Assembly: GCA_965198325.1 (NCBI GenBank)
Contig: CBDAPE010000015.1
Coordinates: 335,158 to 399,157 of the forward strand
Length of the DNA stretch: 64,000 nt
DNA from: Alphaproteobacteria bacterium
GTDB taxonomy: Bacteria > Pseudomonadota > Alphaproteobacteria > UBA828 > JAPUJA01
Direction: 5' to 3'
The stretch's first letter is position 1; every line of letters starts with the position of its first letter. The notes beneath the pieces are model-generated. The model ran no database searches. It was not told the origin of the DNA and saw only the letters and a program-made list of their open reading frames with translations. The position numbers and the translations under genes were made by a program. Of the stretch, positions 1 through 8,406 are shown piece by piece.

Positions 1-150
1 CTCGCCGTCGATGCCGACGCCGTTATCCGCGACGACGACCGAAGCGCCCCGGGAGGCCAGCGCGTGCGCGATCGCAAGGCCGATTCCCCGGCCAGCGCCC
101 GTGACGATTGCCACCCGGCCGGTAAGGCTCTGGTCGGTCCGATCTGTCAT
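1..150 (-). CDS. Short-chain dehydrogenase/reductase (SDR), N-terminal part. The gene runs off the left edge of the window.
   Basis: The reverse-complement of 1-150 reads MTDRTDQSLTGRVAIVTGAGRGIGLAIAHALASRGASVVVADNG. It contains the SDR TGxxxGIG Rossmann motif. The start overlaps the stop of the downstream gene by 4 bp. Confidence 0.7.
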   Translation of the reverse strand, partial: MTDRTDQSLTGRVAIVTGAGRGIGLAIAHALASRGASVVVADNGVGIDGE

Positions 151-1175
151 GCGGTCAACTCCAGGGCGGCCTTTTCCGCCGCCGTGTAAAACGCGTCCGC
201 ATGGCAATTCTCGCGCGCCACGCCCAGTTCGTAAAGCTGGACGAGACAGCTTTCCACCATCGGCGGGGGACCGGCGAGGTAGGCGCGTGCGCCCTCGCCG
301 GCGATGCGGTCTTCGCCAAGACCGTCCGCCAGCAGCCCGGTCCGCCGCTCCGTGGGCCCGACGGGCTCGGACAGCACGACCCGGTAGTCGAGATTTGCAT
401 GGGCCGACGCCAGGTCCTTGAAGTGATCCTCGAGATAAACGTCGCGCTCGTCGCGCACCCCGTGGTAGAGCCGGATCGGCGCTTTGAGCCCCGCGGCAAG
501 CGCCTCCTCGACAATCGCCTTGATGGGCGCAAGGCCCGAGCCCCCTGCGAGCGCGACCACGGGACCCGTGTGACGGGCCCGCCAGTAGGCGAAGCCGAAC
601 GGGCCTTCGGCGCGCACCGGATCGCCGAGGCTGAGGGTGTTGCGCACAAAGCCGCTGACCGCGCCGTTCTCGAGCGCCCGAACGTGGAAGTCGAGCGTCG
701 CCTCGTCGGGCCGGCTCGCCATGGAATAGTCGCGCACGGGCAGGCCGTCGAAGGTCAGTTCCGCATATTGCCCCGCGGTGAAGTGAAACGGCCCGCCCGC
801 GACCACGTCGAGGGTCACGCGCGTGATGTCGTGGGTCAGAGGGGTGAGCGCGGCGACCGTGCAGTCGAGCCGGCGGCGGGGATGAGCGACCAGCTCGTCG
901 TCTTCGAGGAACGCGATCTCGCAGTCGCTCCAGGGGACCGCACGGCAGGCCAGGATCAGGCCGGCGGCGGCTTGCTGCGCCGAGAGCGCGTGCTCCGAAT
1001 AGGGCGCCATCCGGACATCGCCCGAATGCAGGCGTGACTTACAGGCGCCGCAGTTGCCCGACTTGCAGCCGTGCGGATAGGGCCGCCCGAGGCCGAGCGC
1101 GGTTTCGAGGATCGTCGCGCCCATCTCGACAATGAACGGCTCGTTCCACTGCCGGACGGTTACCGTGTAGCTCAT
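147..1175 (-). CDS. Oxidoreductase with an N-terminal plant-type 2Fe-2S ferredoxin fused to an FNR-like FAD/NAD(P)-binding domain. Probable oxygenase reductase component.
   Basis: 342 aa. The N-terminus has CKSGNCGACK...C (Cx4Cx2C...C, 2Fe-2S). It is followed by an RDYSMAS (RxYS FAD-binding) motif and a GGSGLAP NAD-binding motif. Confidence 0.85.
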   Translation of the reverse strand: MSYTVTVRQWNEPFIVEMGATILETALGLGRPYPHGCKSGNCGACKSRLHSGDVRMAPYSEHALSAQQAAAGLILACRAVPWSDCEIAFLEDDELVAHPRRRLDCTVAALTPLTHDITRVTLDVVAGGPFHFTAGQYAELTFDGLPVRDYSMASRPDEATLDFHVRALENGAVSGFVRNTLSLGDPVRAEGPFGFAYWRARHTGPVVALAGGSGLAPIKAIVEEALAAGLKAPIRLYHGVRDERDVYLEDHFKDLASAHANLDYRVVLSEPVGPTERRTGLLADGLGEDRIAGEGARAYLAGPPPMVESCLVQLYELGVARENCHADAFYTAAEKAALELTA

Positions 1176-1308
1176 GCGTGGTCCGTCGTCGTTTCCAGGC
1201 AGGCATCTTGGGACCCGGGCGACCGGTTGGCAACGCGCAGACGCAGGCTATGAATTTTTCACCGGCTGGGCGAAGATTTACCGGTTCAAGATCAAGGGGG
1301 ACCGAATC

Positions 1309-1908
1309 ATGACCGACGAACGCGATCTCATAATCCCGCCTAAATCGGGGCGCGCCATCGTGGTGAAACGGGGCGAGACTCTCCGGGTGACCGACCTGGA
1401 AGGTCACCAGGTGGCCGACTTCGTGTGCTTCAACGAACACGACCATTCGGAATTTCTTTCCGCCGGGAAAACCCGGATGAACCCCTTCAAGGTCCGGATC
1501 TCGACTGGTGACAGACTCTATTCGAACCTGAGCACGGTCCTGTTTACGATCGGCAAGGACACGGTCGGCGTGCACGACCTGCTGTTCCCGCCGTGCAACC
1601 GCTGGCTCTACGAGAATGCGCTCGGCCAGCCGGGCGGCACCGGATGCCTCGAGAACCTGCGCGACGCGCTGGCGCCTTACGGGATCGAAGAATGGCAGGT
1701 GCCGGACCCGTTCAACCTGTTCATGAACACCCGCGTGGATGACGAAGACAATCTGGTCATCGAACTACCGAAATCCGGTCCGGGCGATTACATCGAACTC
1801 ACCGCCGAGATGGATTGTCTGGTCGGCGTGACCTCCTGCGCGGAGGAAAAGGCGAGCGACTGCAACGGCCGGCACGTGACCCCGATCGGGCTTGCGATCG
1901 TCCGCTGA
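1309..1908 (+). CDS. DUF1989-like (urea-carboxylase-associated family) protein
   Basis: 199 aa beginning MTDERDLIIPPKSGRAIVVKRGETLRVTDLEGHQVADFVCF. GGGGA lies about 8 nt upstream of the ATG. The longer ORF from 1174 has an Arg-rich leader and is probably not translated. The family call is from memory of the DUF1989 profile. Confidence 0.6.
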   Translation: MTDERDLIIPPKSGRAIVVKRGETLRVTDLEGHQVADFVCFNEHDHSEFLSAGKTRMNPFKVRISTGDRLYSNLSTVLFTIGKDTVGVHDLLFPPCNRWLYENALGQPGGTGCLENLRDALAPYGIEEWQVPDPFNLFMNTRVDDEDNLVIELPKSGPGDYIELTAEMDCLVGVTSCAEEKASDCNGRHVTPIGLAIVR

Positions 1909-2273
1909 TCCCGCGCGCGGCGCGCCGGCCAGGTGAAAGTCCAAGAATTGATGTCGTCATTGGATGATGGCTTGCCGAAGGGCATGGAGTAGTGGTCTCG
2001 GACGAGACTGGCTTCAAGGTCCACAGCGCCACCCTCTCGCGCGCGAGACCTTCACGAGACTTATGACGGCAGGATCGGGACAAGACGGAAGCAATATCAC
2101 GGCCCCATCGGGGGCATGATCGAAACGGGCTGTGCTCACGGTCGGGGGAAATTGGGGAGCGGGTCGATGGGCCAATCAATGCGACGTTCGAACCGGGCGC
2201 TACCCGATGAAGGCCGGTTTTGGTCTCGGCCGCGGGCTGTGCCAGCTTTTGGCGACAGGAGACGATTTATCGC

Positions 2274-2371
2274 GAAGAATTCAGCTAAGACGATTGTTCC
2301 AATGATTGCGGCCGTTATCGCCGCCTGAGGTTATTTTGGCGGACGAGGTTGGGGTAAATATAACGTGCGCC
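2274..2371. repeat. 98-bp repeat, copy A (~90% identical to 8309-8406). It carries a remnant of the Rieske-oxygenase start (GTG at 2365, reading MRHPKLTSRR then a stop).
   Basis: Direct alignment of 2274-2371 with 8309-8406 gives about 10 mismatches in 98 nt. Similarity ends exactly after gtgcgcc. Confidence 0.8.
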
Positions 2372-2450
2372 ATCCCAAGCTCACCTCCAGACGTTGACGC
2401 CCTCGCGCATCAGCCGTCCTACAACGGTACTGCGGCCGCCTGCGCAACAC

Positions 2451-2638
2451 CTTAGACGTAGTCCTTGGGGACAAGGGCTCGGCCGTCGAGCGCGAATGGT
2501 ACGATCACCTCATCGCGGCAGGGCTCGAGTCTTCCGGACATGGCACTCGCGAGGAGCCGCTTGCGTCCGGTCCTCTACCCAACAACCATGGTGGCGCAGC
2601 GAGTGTGATCGGAATCCTGGTCGGCAGGGCCGGACAGT
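2451..2638. repeat. 188-bp direct repeat, copy 1 (100% identical to 3002-3189)
   Basis: Identical 188-nt strings begin cttagacgtagtccttggggacaagg and end ggtcggcagggccggacagt. The next base differs (g vs a). Confidence 0.9.
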
Positions 2639-2639
2639 G

Positions 2640-2789
2640 CGAGAGAAGCTCATCAAGATCGGAGCGAAGATCGTGCGCCACGGGCGCTACGTCACGTTCC
2701 AGATGGCCGAGGTTGTCATTCCTCGTGACCTGTTCGCCGACATCCTGCGCCGTATCGACCGGCTCAGGCCGCCGCCAGCCCCGGCATGA
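2640..2789 (+). pseudogene. IS transposase C-terminal fragment (DDE transposase 3' end only). It starts directly at the end of the first 188-bp repeat.
   Basis: The translation REKLIKIGAKIVRHGRYVTFQMAEVVIPRDLFADILRRIDRLRPPPAPA then a stop is a characteristic transposase C-terminus. The preceding in-frame sequence is Arg-rich nonsense. No N-terminal or catalytic part is present. The IS family was not resolved. Confidence 0.6.
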
Positions 2790-3001
2790 GCGACGGCACC
2801 CCGTTCCTTCGCGTCGCCGCCGACAGGATCGGTGTGCCCGGATCGCCGGCAAAAATGCCATTCCGCGCCACCAACGCCGCCAATTGGTCCTCAATCATCC
2901 GGCTCGGCGCGAAGATGGCTGTCATTCGAAGGCAAATTGCACGTCGAGCGGTTTCGAGTCACACTCAACGGGCTGGGAGGGTTCCATATGGGGAATCCCG
3001 G

Positions 3002-3189
3002 CTTAGACGTAGTCCTTGGGGACAAGGGCTCGGCCGTCGAGCGCGAATGGTACGATCACCTCATCGCGGCAGGGCTCGAGTCTTCCGGACATGGCACTCG
3101 CGAGGAGCCGCTTGCGTCCGGTCCTCTACCCAACAACCATGGTGGCGCAGCGAGTGTGATCGGAATCCTGGTCGGCAGGGCCGGACAGT
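3002..3189. repeat. 188-bp direct repeat, copy 2
   Basis: See copy 1. Confidence 0.9.
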
Positions 3190-3500
3190 AGCTCAACTTA
3201 CAGTCGAAGCCGTCCAACGATTGGGGAGCAGCCCAATTCGGGGAGATAACAGTGAGAATTTCCGAACACATGGAACCCTACTTCCAGGGCTGAGTTACCA
3301 ACGATACCGCGGGCCACTTGAAGTCGGCCGCCAACAGAGTTTCTTTTTCGACGATCCCGACACCAGCAGAATTTCCAAGGCTGACTCCGAGGCGTATTTT
3401 GCCGCGCTCAATGTCGCGGTGGGCGAGAATCGCGCGGGCAAGACATTCAGCTATACTAACTGCCCCGAGGGCTCCCGTCGCAAAGCGAAAGGATCGCACC

Positions 3501-3872
3501 ATGACCGTGGCCGAACGCATCGAGGCCTATCTTCAGGCCTGGGTTACCGGCGATGTCTCAAGTCTGCTGGCGCAGTTTGCGGACAGTTTCTTATTCGACG
3601 ATCCCAATGTGGGCCGGATAACCCGACCTGGATTCAAAACCTACATGGAAGGTATCATGGCGAATGTCGAGCGTGTACGCGATGGCCGGAAATGCGAAAA
3701 TTTCGTGGAACTGAGCGAGATAGTCTCCAAGCACGAAGACGACGGCACAGCCACCCTCTGGTACTGGTGGGCCATCGCCGGCACGACGATCGAAGGATCC
3801 AGCCTCGTAAAGATCGGGCCCGAAGGCGTTCGCTCCGAGATCTACTGCTACTATGCCCGGACAGCGGAATGA
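3501..3872 (+). CDS. SnoaL-like/NTF2-fold small protein
   Basis: 123 aa beginning MTVAERIEAYLQAWVTGDVSSLLAQFADSFLFDDPNVG. The pattern is typical of SnoaL/NTF2-like proteins. AAAGGA lies 8 nt upstream of the ATG. Confidence 0.55.
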   Translation: MTVAERIEAYLQAWVTGDVSSLLAQFADSFLFDDPNVGRITRPGFKTYMEGIMANVERVRDGRKCENFVELSEIVSKHEDDGTATLWYWWAIAGTTIEGSSLVKIGPEGVRSEIYCYYARTAE

Positions 3873-4408
3873 CCGCGCGGCATTGTTCGGGGAAACAGAC
3901 ATCGTCAGGGTAAATTGGATGGAACCTCCTGACGAGTTTCATAACCTCCAGGGATGCAACACCGATTCCGCTATTTTGACATTTCGCTCGAAGTGACCCG
4001 CCTCGCGGAGATGATGTACGTCCACCACCCTAACCACTGCGATCTGTTCGAACAGAACCGCGCTGCCGCGCTCACGGAAAGGCGCCAACTCGCCGCGTGA
4101 GGGTCTTGATCGTTTCAAATCCCAAGGCTCAGCCCAATAATTTCTGTCCGCCCGTGGCCCGATCTATAACCTCTTCAACGCGCAACGCCATCTCGTTTTC
4201 CGCCACACGCTTCGAACCTTTTGCGATCACGCGATGGAGGAATGGAACGCTGTGACGGCGGCCGCGTGAATAGACCGGACTTCAAGTAAAAACCTGCCTC
4301 GCTTAAGTTAAGTTGACAGCTCCTATTTGACAACTCAGATACCTCAGCATTAAGGTCATAGAAAACGTTATAAATAATTTGCAGAGAGTGTCACAGGGAG
4401 ATTAAATC

Positions 4409-5476
4409 ATGACATCTGGCACATTTAAAATAGTCGCCGTGTCGGCCGCGCTGTTTGCTAGTACTGCGTTCAGTTACTTGGCCACTACGGCCACTACGGC
4501 ATTTGCAGGCGAGTTAAACCTACTCACGTGGGAAGGATACACTGACCAGAGCTTTATCGCCGCTTTCGAGGAGAGGACCGGATGTAAGATCACCGAGACC
4601 TTTATTGGGTCGCAGGAAGAGATCGCACCCAAGCTCTCGGGTGCCACGGGAGTCTACGACCTCGTCTCCCCCCAGATCGATTCGGCAAAAATCTTAGCTC
4701 AGATGGGTGTGGTTGAGCCTATTGACGTTCCGCGCCTCAAGCATTGGGGGGAATTCTACGGGTCGTTCATTGATCATCCCGGTCTCATCATCGACGGCGA
4801 GACGTGGGGTATGCCGTTTACCTGGGGTTCGGTCCCCCTGATGTATCGCACGGATAAGATCGACGATCCTCCGTCCTCGTTCTCGGTTCTCTGGGATCCG
4901 AGGTATGCCGGCAAGACCGCAGTGCAGGACGACAAGTCCAATATTTACATTGCTGCCCGTCTGCTCTTTGGGAGGGACTTTGACGCCTACAAGATGACCG
5001 ATGAGCAGCTTGAAACCGTGAAAGAAAAGTTAATCGAACAGAAAAAATACCTCCGCAAGTATTGGGCATCGGCGGGTGAACTTATAAATCTCTATGCGAA
5101 CGGTGAAGTCTGGATTTCTACCACTTGGGGCGGCTACCAAGTGGCTATACTCCAAGAACAGGGTATCCCAGTCGTTGAAGTCCTTCCCGAGGAGAGGGCC
5201 GAAGGATGGCAGGATGTCTGGATGATCGTAAAAGACACCGCCAATAGGGATTGTGCCTACGAGTGGCTCAACTTTGCGAGCGGATCCGAGGGCCAATGCG
5301 GAGTCGCAAGTGTCACGGGATATTGGGGAGCAAACCCGGTGGCGCTAGAGAGCTGCATGACGCCGGACATATTCCGTCCCTCCGAAGATTATACCGATAA
5401 CCTCTCGTTCCCAACTCAGCCGGAACCGCTTGAAGGCTATGTTAACACTTGGAATGCCGTAAAGACCGCCCCTTGA
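4409..5476 (+). CDS. Periplasmic substrate-binding protein, ABC family 1 (spermidine/putrescine PotD/PotF-like). It is an orphan: no permease or ATPase lies nearby.
   Basis: 355 aa with an N-terminal signal peptide (MTSGTFKIVAVSAALFASTAFSYLA...AFA). The codon usage is noticeably AT-richer than the flanks. An AT-rich promoter-like region with two TTGACA boxes lies at about 4310-4340. Confidence 0.7.
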   Translation: MTSGTFKIVAVSAALFASTAFSYLATTATTAFAGELNLLTWEGYTDQSFIAAFEERTGCKITETFIGSQEEIAPKLSGATGVYDLVSPQIDSAKILAQMGVVEPIDVPRLKHWGEFYGSFIDHPGLIIDGETWGMPFTWGSVPLMYRTDKIDDPPSSFSVLWDPRYAGKTAVQDDKSNIYIAARLLFGRDFDAYKMTDEQLETVKEKLIEQKKYLRKYWASAGELINLYANGEVWISTTWGGYQVAILQEQGIPVVEVLPEERAEGWQDVWMIVKDTANRDCAYEWLNFASGSEGQCGVASVTGYWGANPVALESCMTPDIFRPSEDYTDNLSFPTQPEPLEGYVNTWNAVKTAP

Positions 5477-5520
5477 TGGGCGATGACGGCGTCAAGTGAA
5501 CTAAACCACACTGGAGGAGT

Positions 5521-5547
5521 CCCGCCCCTTTGATGTCGAGGGGCGGG
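5521..5547 (+). terminator. Putative intrinsic terminator after the binding-protein gene
   Basis: cccgcccc-tttgatgtcga-ggggcggg forms an 8-bp GC stem, followed by atttcgtg. Confidence 0.45.
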
Positions 5548-5702
5548 ATTTCGTGCGAACTCCAAGCCGATCCTGGAAACGATCTCTTTGAGGCCGAAAT
5601 GGTTATCAAGAATAAGAGTGAATCCTGCATGCCTTGGCCAATTTTCTAATAGCCTTGAAGTCACTTCGAGAATGCACAACCAGAGACCCGTGAGAGGAAC
5701 AC

Positions 5703-8297
5703 GTGCCGTCGATTTATAAGATACAGCCCGAAGATCGGATTTACGCTGAAGAATTTCGTCGAAATCCGATTGGCCACCACAGCCCTGGGTTAAATCGCAT
5801 TCTCACCTTGTTTAGAGGTGAACCGGTCGAGAAGAAAGATGTTCTCGTATGCGTACAACCCCACCGAGAGTGGTGGCTGGGACAGTTGTCCGGGCACCGA
5901 GGAAGGCCAATCAGGATTATTCGAGATAAGTGTTTTAGAAATCTCTGGGACGCGGAGTGGGAGATTTTCAAAAGGCGGTGGAAAAAGCATACGGGCGAAG
6001 ACCTTGAAGGCCAGGATAAGCAGCGCGAAGCCCCCCACTCCTATCGGGACGACGGCATCAGGATTACAGGTTATAGCGACCGCATCGGTGTGAGGCCGGG
6101 CGAAACCATCCACTTCAAGGTCTCATGCGACCGCGTCAAGAGCTACCGCTCCGACATTGTCCGTCTCGTCTGCGGCGACACTGATCCTAATGGGCCGGGC
6201 TTCAAGGAGAAGCTCGTGAAGACTGGTGTGAGCGGGCGCTACAAAGGTCGAAAACAGGCGATTCGCGTGGGATCCCACACGATCGTGCCCACTGCATCCG
6301 CACTCGAAGCGCTGGAGAGCTTTTCCCTGCAAGCGATGATTTGGCCGACTACTCCCAGGAAAAGTATTCAAGGGATCATTTCAAAGTGGTCCGCAGGGTC
6401 AAAAAGTGGATTTGCACTAATCATCGACGAGAAGGGCGAGGCCGCCCTAATGGTCGGGGACGGAGCCGGCCGAGTGCACATCGTCAGCACGGGACGACGC
6501 CTGCTCGATCGGCAATGGTATTTCGTGGGGGCAAGTTTTGATGCCCGGGCGCAGCGAGTCCGTGTATTTCAGGAGCCGCTTGTGCAGTTTCCGGGACATG
6601 ATGACCCTGCTGTAAAAAGCCAAACGCTCGAGCTAGCTCGGGTCGGAGCAAATGACTGTCCGTTAATCATGGCCGGAATACAGCAGCGATCTTCGAAGGC
6701 TCGGATAATCGTGGGAAACCACTATAACGGCAAGATTGACAGCCCACGTCTTGCCAACCGAGCCCTTTCACCAGCGGAGGTGGAGACCCTTAAGCATGGC
6801 GTTCCCGCCGCTCTCGAAGATGCGGTCGTTGCCGCTTGGGACTTCTCGCGCGACATTGGCTCCGAGCGCATTGCAGACCTTTCGCCCAACCAGCTCCAGG
6901 GCACGATGGTCAACCTGCCCACGCGCGCGGTAACGGGCTGGAATTGGACGGGGCAGCATATGCGCTGGAGCGAGGCCCCCGAGCAATGGGGCGCGATTCA
7001 CTTTCATGACGACGATCTTTACGACGCGGGCTGGGAGACGGATTTTGAGTGGAAAGTGCCCGGGCGTATGAAGAGCGGTCTCTACGCTACGCGCCTTCGC
7101 TCCGGACGATCCGAGGAATACGTTCCTTTTGCCGTCGGGCCGAGGCCAGGGCACGAGTCGAAGGTAGCACTCCTTCTGCCAACCGCCAGTTACATGGCCT
7201 ACGCCAACGAGCACTCAGGAACGGACTCGGACACGATTGAACGGATGAACGGCGTTGTTTGCGTCCTGTACCCGCAAGACCTGTTTCTAAACAAGCATCG
7301 GGAATACGGTGCCTCGCTCTACGACACGCACACAGACGGGAGTGGTGTCGTCTACTCTTCGCGCCTGCGTCCGATCCTGAACATGCGGCCCAAATACGAA
7401 TCCAACATGGGCGGAGCGAAAGTCCACCAGTTCAACGCGGATACCCACATCATCGACTGGCTCGAGGCGAACGACATCGAATACGACGTCATTACGGACG
7501 AGGAGCTCGACCGACGTGGCATGGCGTTGCTGTCCCCTTACCGGGTTGTGCTCACCGGGACCCATCCGGAGTACTGGTCGCCTAAGATGCAGGACGGGAT
7601 GGTCGCCTACGAGCGCCGCGGGGGACGACTGATGTATCTGGGCGGCAACGGGTTCTACTGGAAGATCGCCTTTCACCCGGAATTGCCCGGCGTGATCGAA
7701 GTCCGCCGCAACGAGACCGGCATGCGCGCCTGGCCGTCGGCGCCCGGTGACTACTACCACGCCTTCGACGGCGAATACGGTGGCCTCTGGCTGAACCAGG
7801 GCGGCGGGAGAACACAACAGTCTATGGTCGGAACCGCCTTTTGCGCCCAGGGGTTCGATCTTTCCTCCTACTACCGGCGCAAGCCGGACAGTCTTGACCA
7901 GAAGGTGAAATTCATTTTCGAGGGGATCGAAGACGACGAGTTGATCGGCGATTTCGGGTTGCTTGGAGGGGGCGCGGCCGGCTGGGAGATCGACTGTATT
8001 TCCTATGATCAAGGGACGCCGTCAAACACATTCGTTTTGGCGAGTTCTGAGGACCATACGGACGTTTATCAGCTTACTGCCGAAGAGATGCTCGAAGGTT
8101 ACGCGGGCACCGGAGGACAAGAAAATCCTCGCGTTCGTTCAGATATGGTGTTTTTCGAGACTGCAGATGGCGGAGCCGTGTTCTCAGTCAGCTCGATTGC
8201 CTGGGCGGCGAGCTTGTCGCACAACAATTATAAGAACAATGTTTCGCGGATAACGAAAAACGTTTTGACTCGCTTCCTCGATCCAAGAGTCTTCTAA
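5703..8297 (+). CDS. Large (864 aa) protein resembling the N,N-dimethylformamidase large (beta) subunit family (GATase1-like C-terminal domain)
   Basis: GTG start with GAGAGGA 5 nt upstream. The C-terminal half has LLLPTASYMAYANE, RVVLTGTHPEYWSPKMQDGMVAYERRGGRLMYLGGNGFYWK and AFDGEYGGLWLNQGGG. I recall these as characteristic of DMFase large-subunit/GATase1-like proteins. No small-subunit gene is adjacent. The family call is from memory. Confidence 0.45.
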   Translation: MPSIYKIQPEDRIYAEEFRRNPIGHHSPGLNRILTLFRGEPVEKKDVLVCVQPHREWWLGQLSGHRGRPIRIIRDKCFRNLWDAEWEIFKRRWKKHTGEDLEGQDKQREAPHSYRDDGIRITGYSDRIGVRPGETIHFKVSCDRVKSYRSDIVRLVCGDTDPNGPGFKEKLVKTGVSGRYKGRKQAIRVGSHTIVPTASALEALESFSLQAMIWPTTPRKSIQGIISKWSAGSKSGFALIIDEKGEAALMVGDGAGRVHIVSTGRRLLDRQWYFVGASFDARAQRVRVFQEPLVQFPGHDDPAVKSQTLELARVGANDCPLIMAGIQQRSSKARIIVGNHYNGKIDSPRLANRALSPAEVETLKHGVPAALEDAVVAAWDFSRDIGSERIADLSPNQLQGTMVNLPTRAVTGWNWTGQHMRWSEAPEQWGAIHFHDDDLYDAGWETDFEWKVPGRMKSGLYATRLRSGRSEEYVPFAVGPRPGHESKVALLLPTASYMAYANEHSGTDSDTIERMNGVVCVLYPQDLFLNKHREYGASLYDTHTDGSGVVYSSRLRPILNMRPKYESNMGGAKVHQFNADTHIIDWLEANDIEYDVITDEELDRRGMALLSPYRVVLTGTHPEYWSPKMQDGMVAYERRGGRLMYLGGNGFYWKIAFHPELPGVIEVRRNETGMRAWPSAPGDYYHAFDGEYGGLWLNQGGGRTQQSMVGTAFCAQGFDLSSYYRRKPDSLDQKVKFIFEGIEDDELIGDFGLLGGGAAGWEIDCISYDQGTPSNTFVLASSEDHTDVYQLTAEEMLEGYAGTGGQENPRVRSDMVFFETADGGAVFSVSSIAWAASLSHNNYKNNVSRITKNVLTRFLDPRVF

Positions 8298-8308
8298 CTG
8301 TTTATTGG

Positions 8309-8406
8309 GAAGAACTCAGCTAAGATGATTGTTCCCATGATTGCAGCCACTATCGCCACCTGAGGTTATTTTGGCGGACGAGGTTGAGGTAAATTTAACG
8401 TGCGCC
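8309..8406. repeat. 98-bp repeat, copy B. It contains the leader and the GTG start (8400) of the intact Rieske oxygenase gene.
   Basis: See copy A. Confidence 0.8.

Noticed and set aside
2786-3913. A 375-aa plus-strand ORF spanning the 188-bp repeat and the SnoaL gene region
   Set aside because: It reads through a repeat copy and non-coding scar sequence. The composition is Arg-rich. The genuine SnoaL-like gene (3501-3872) is in another frame.
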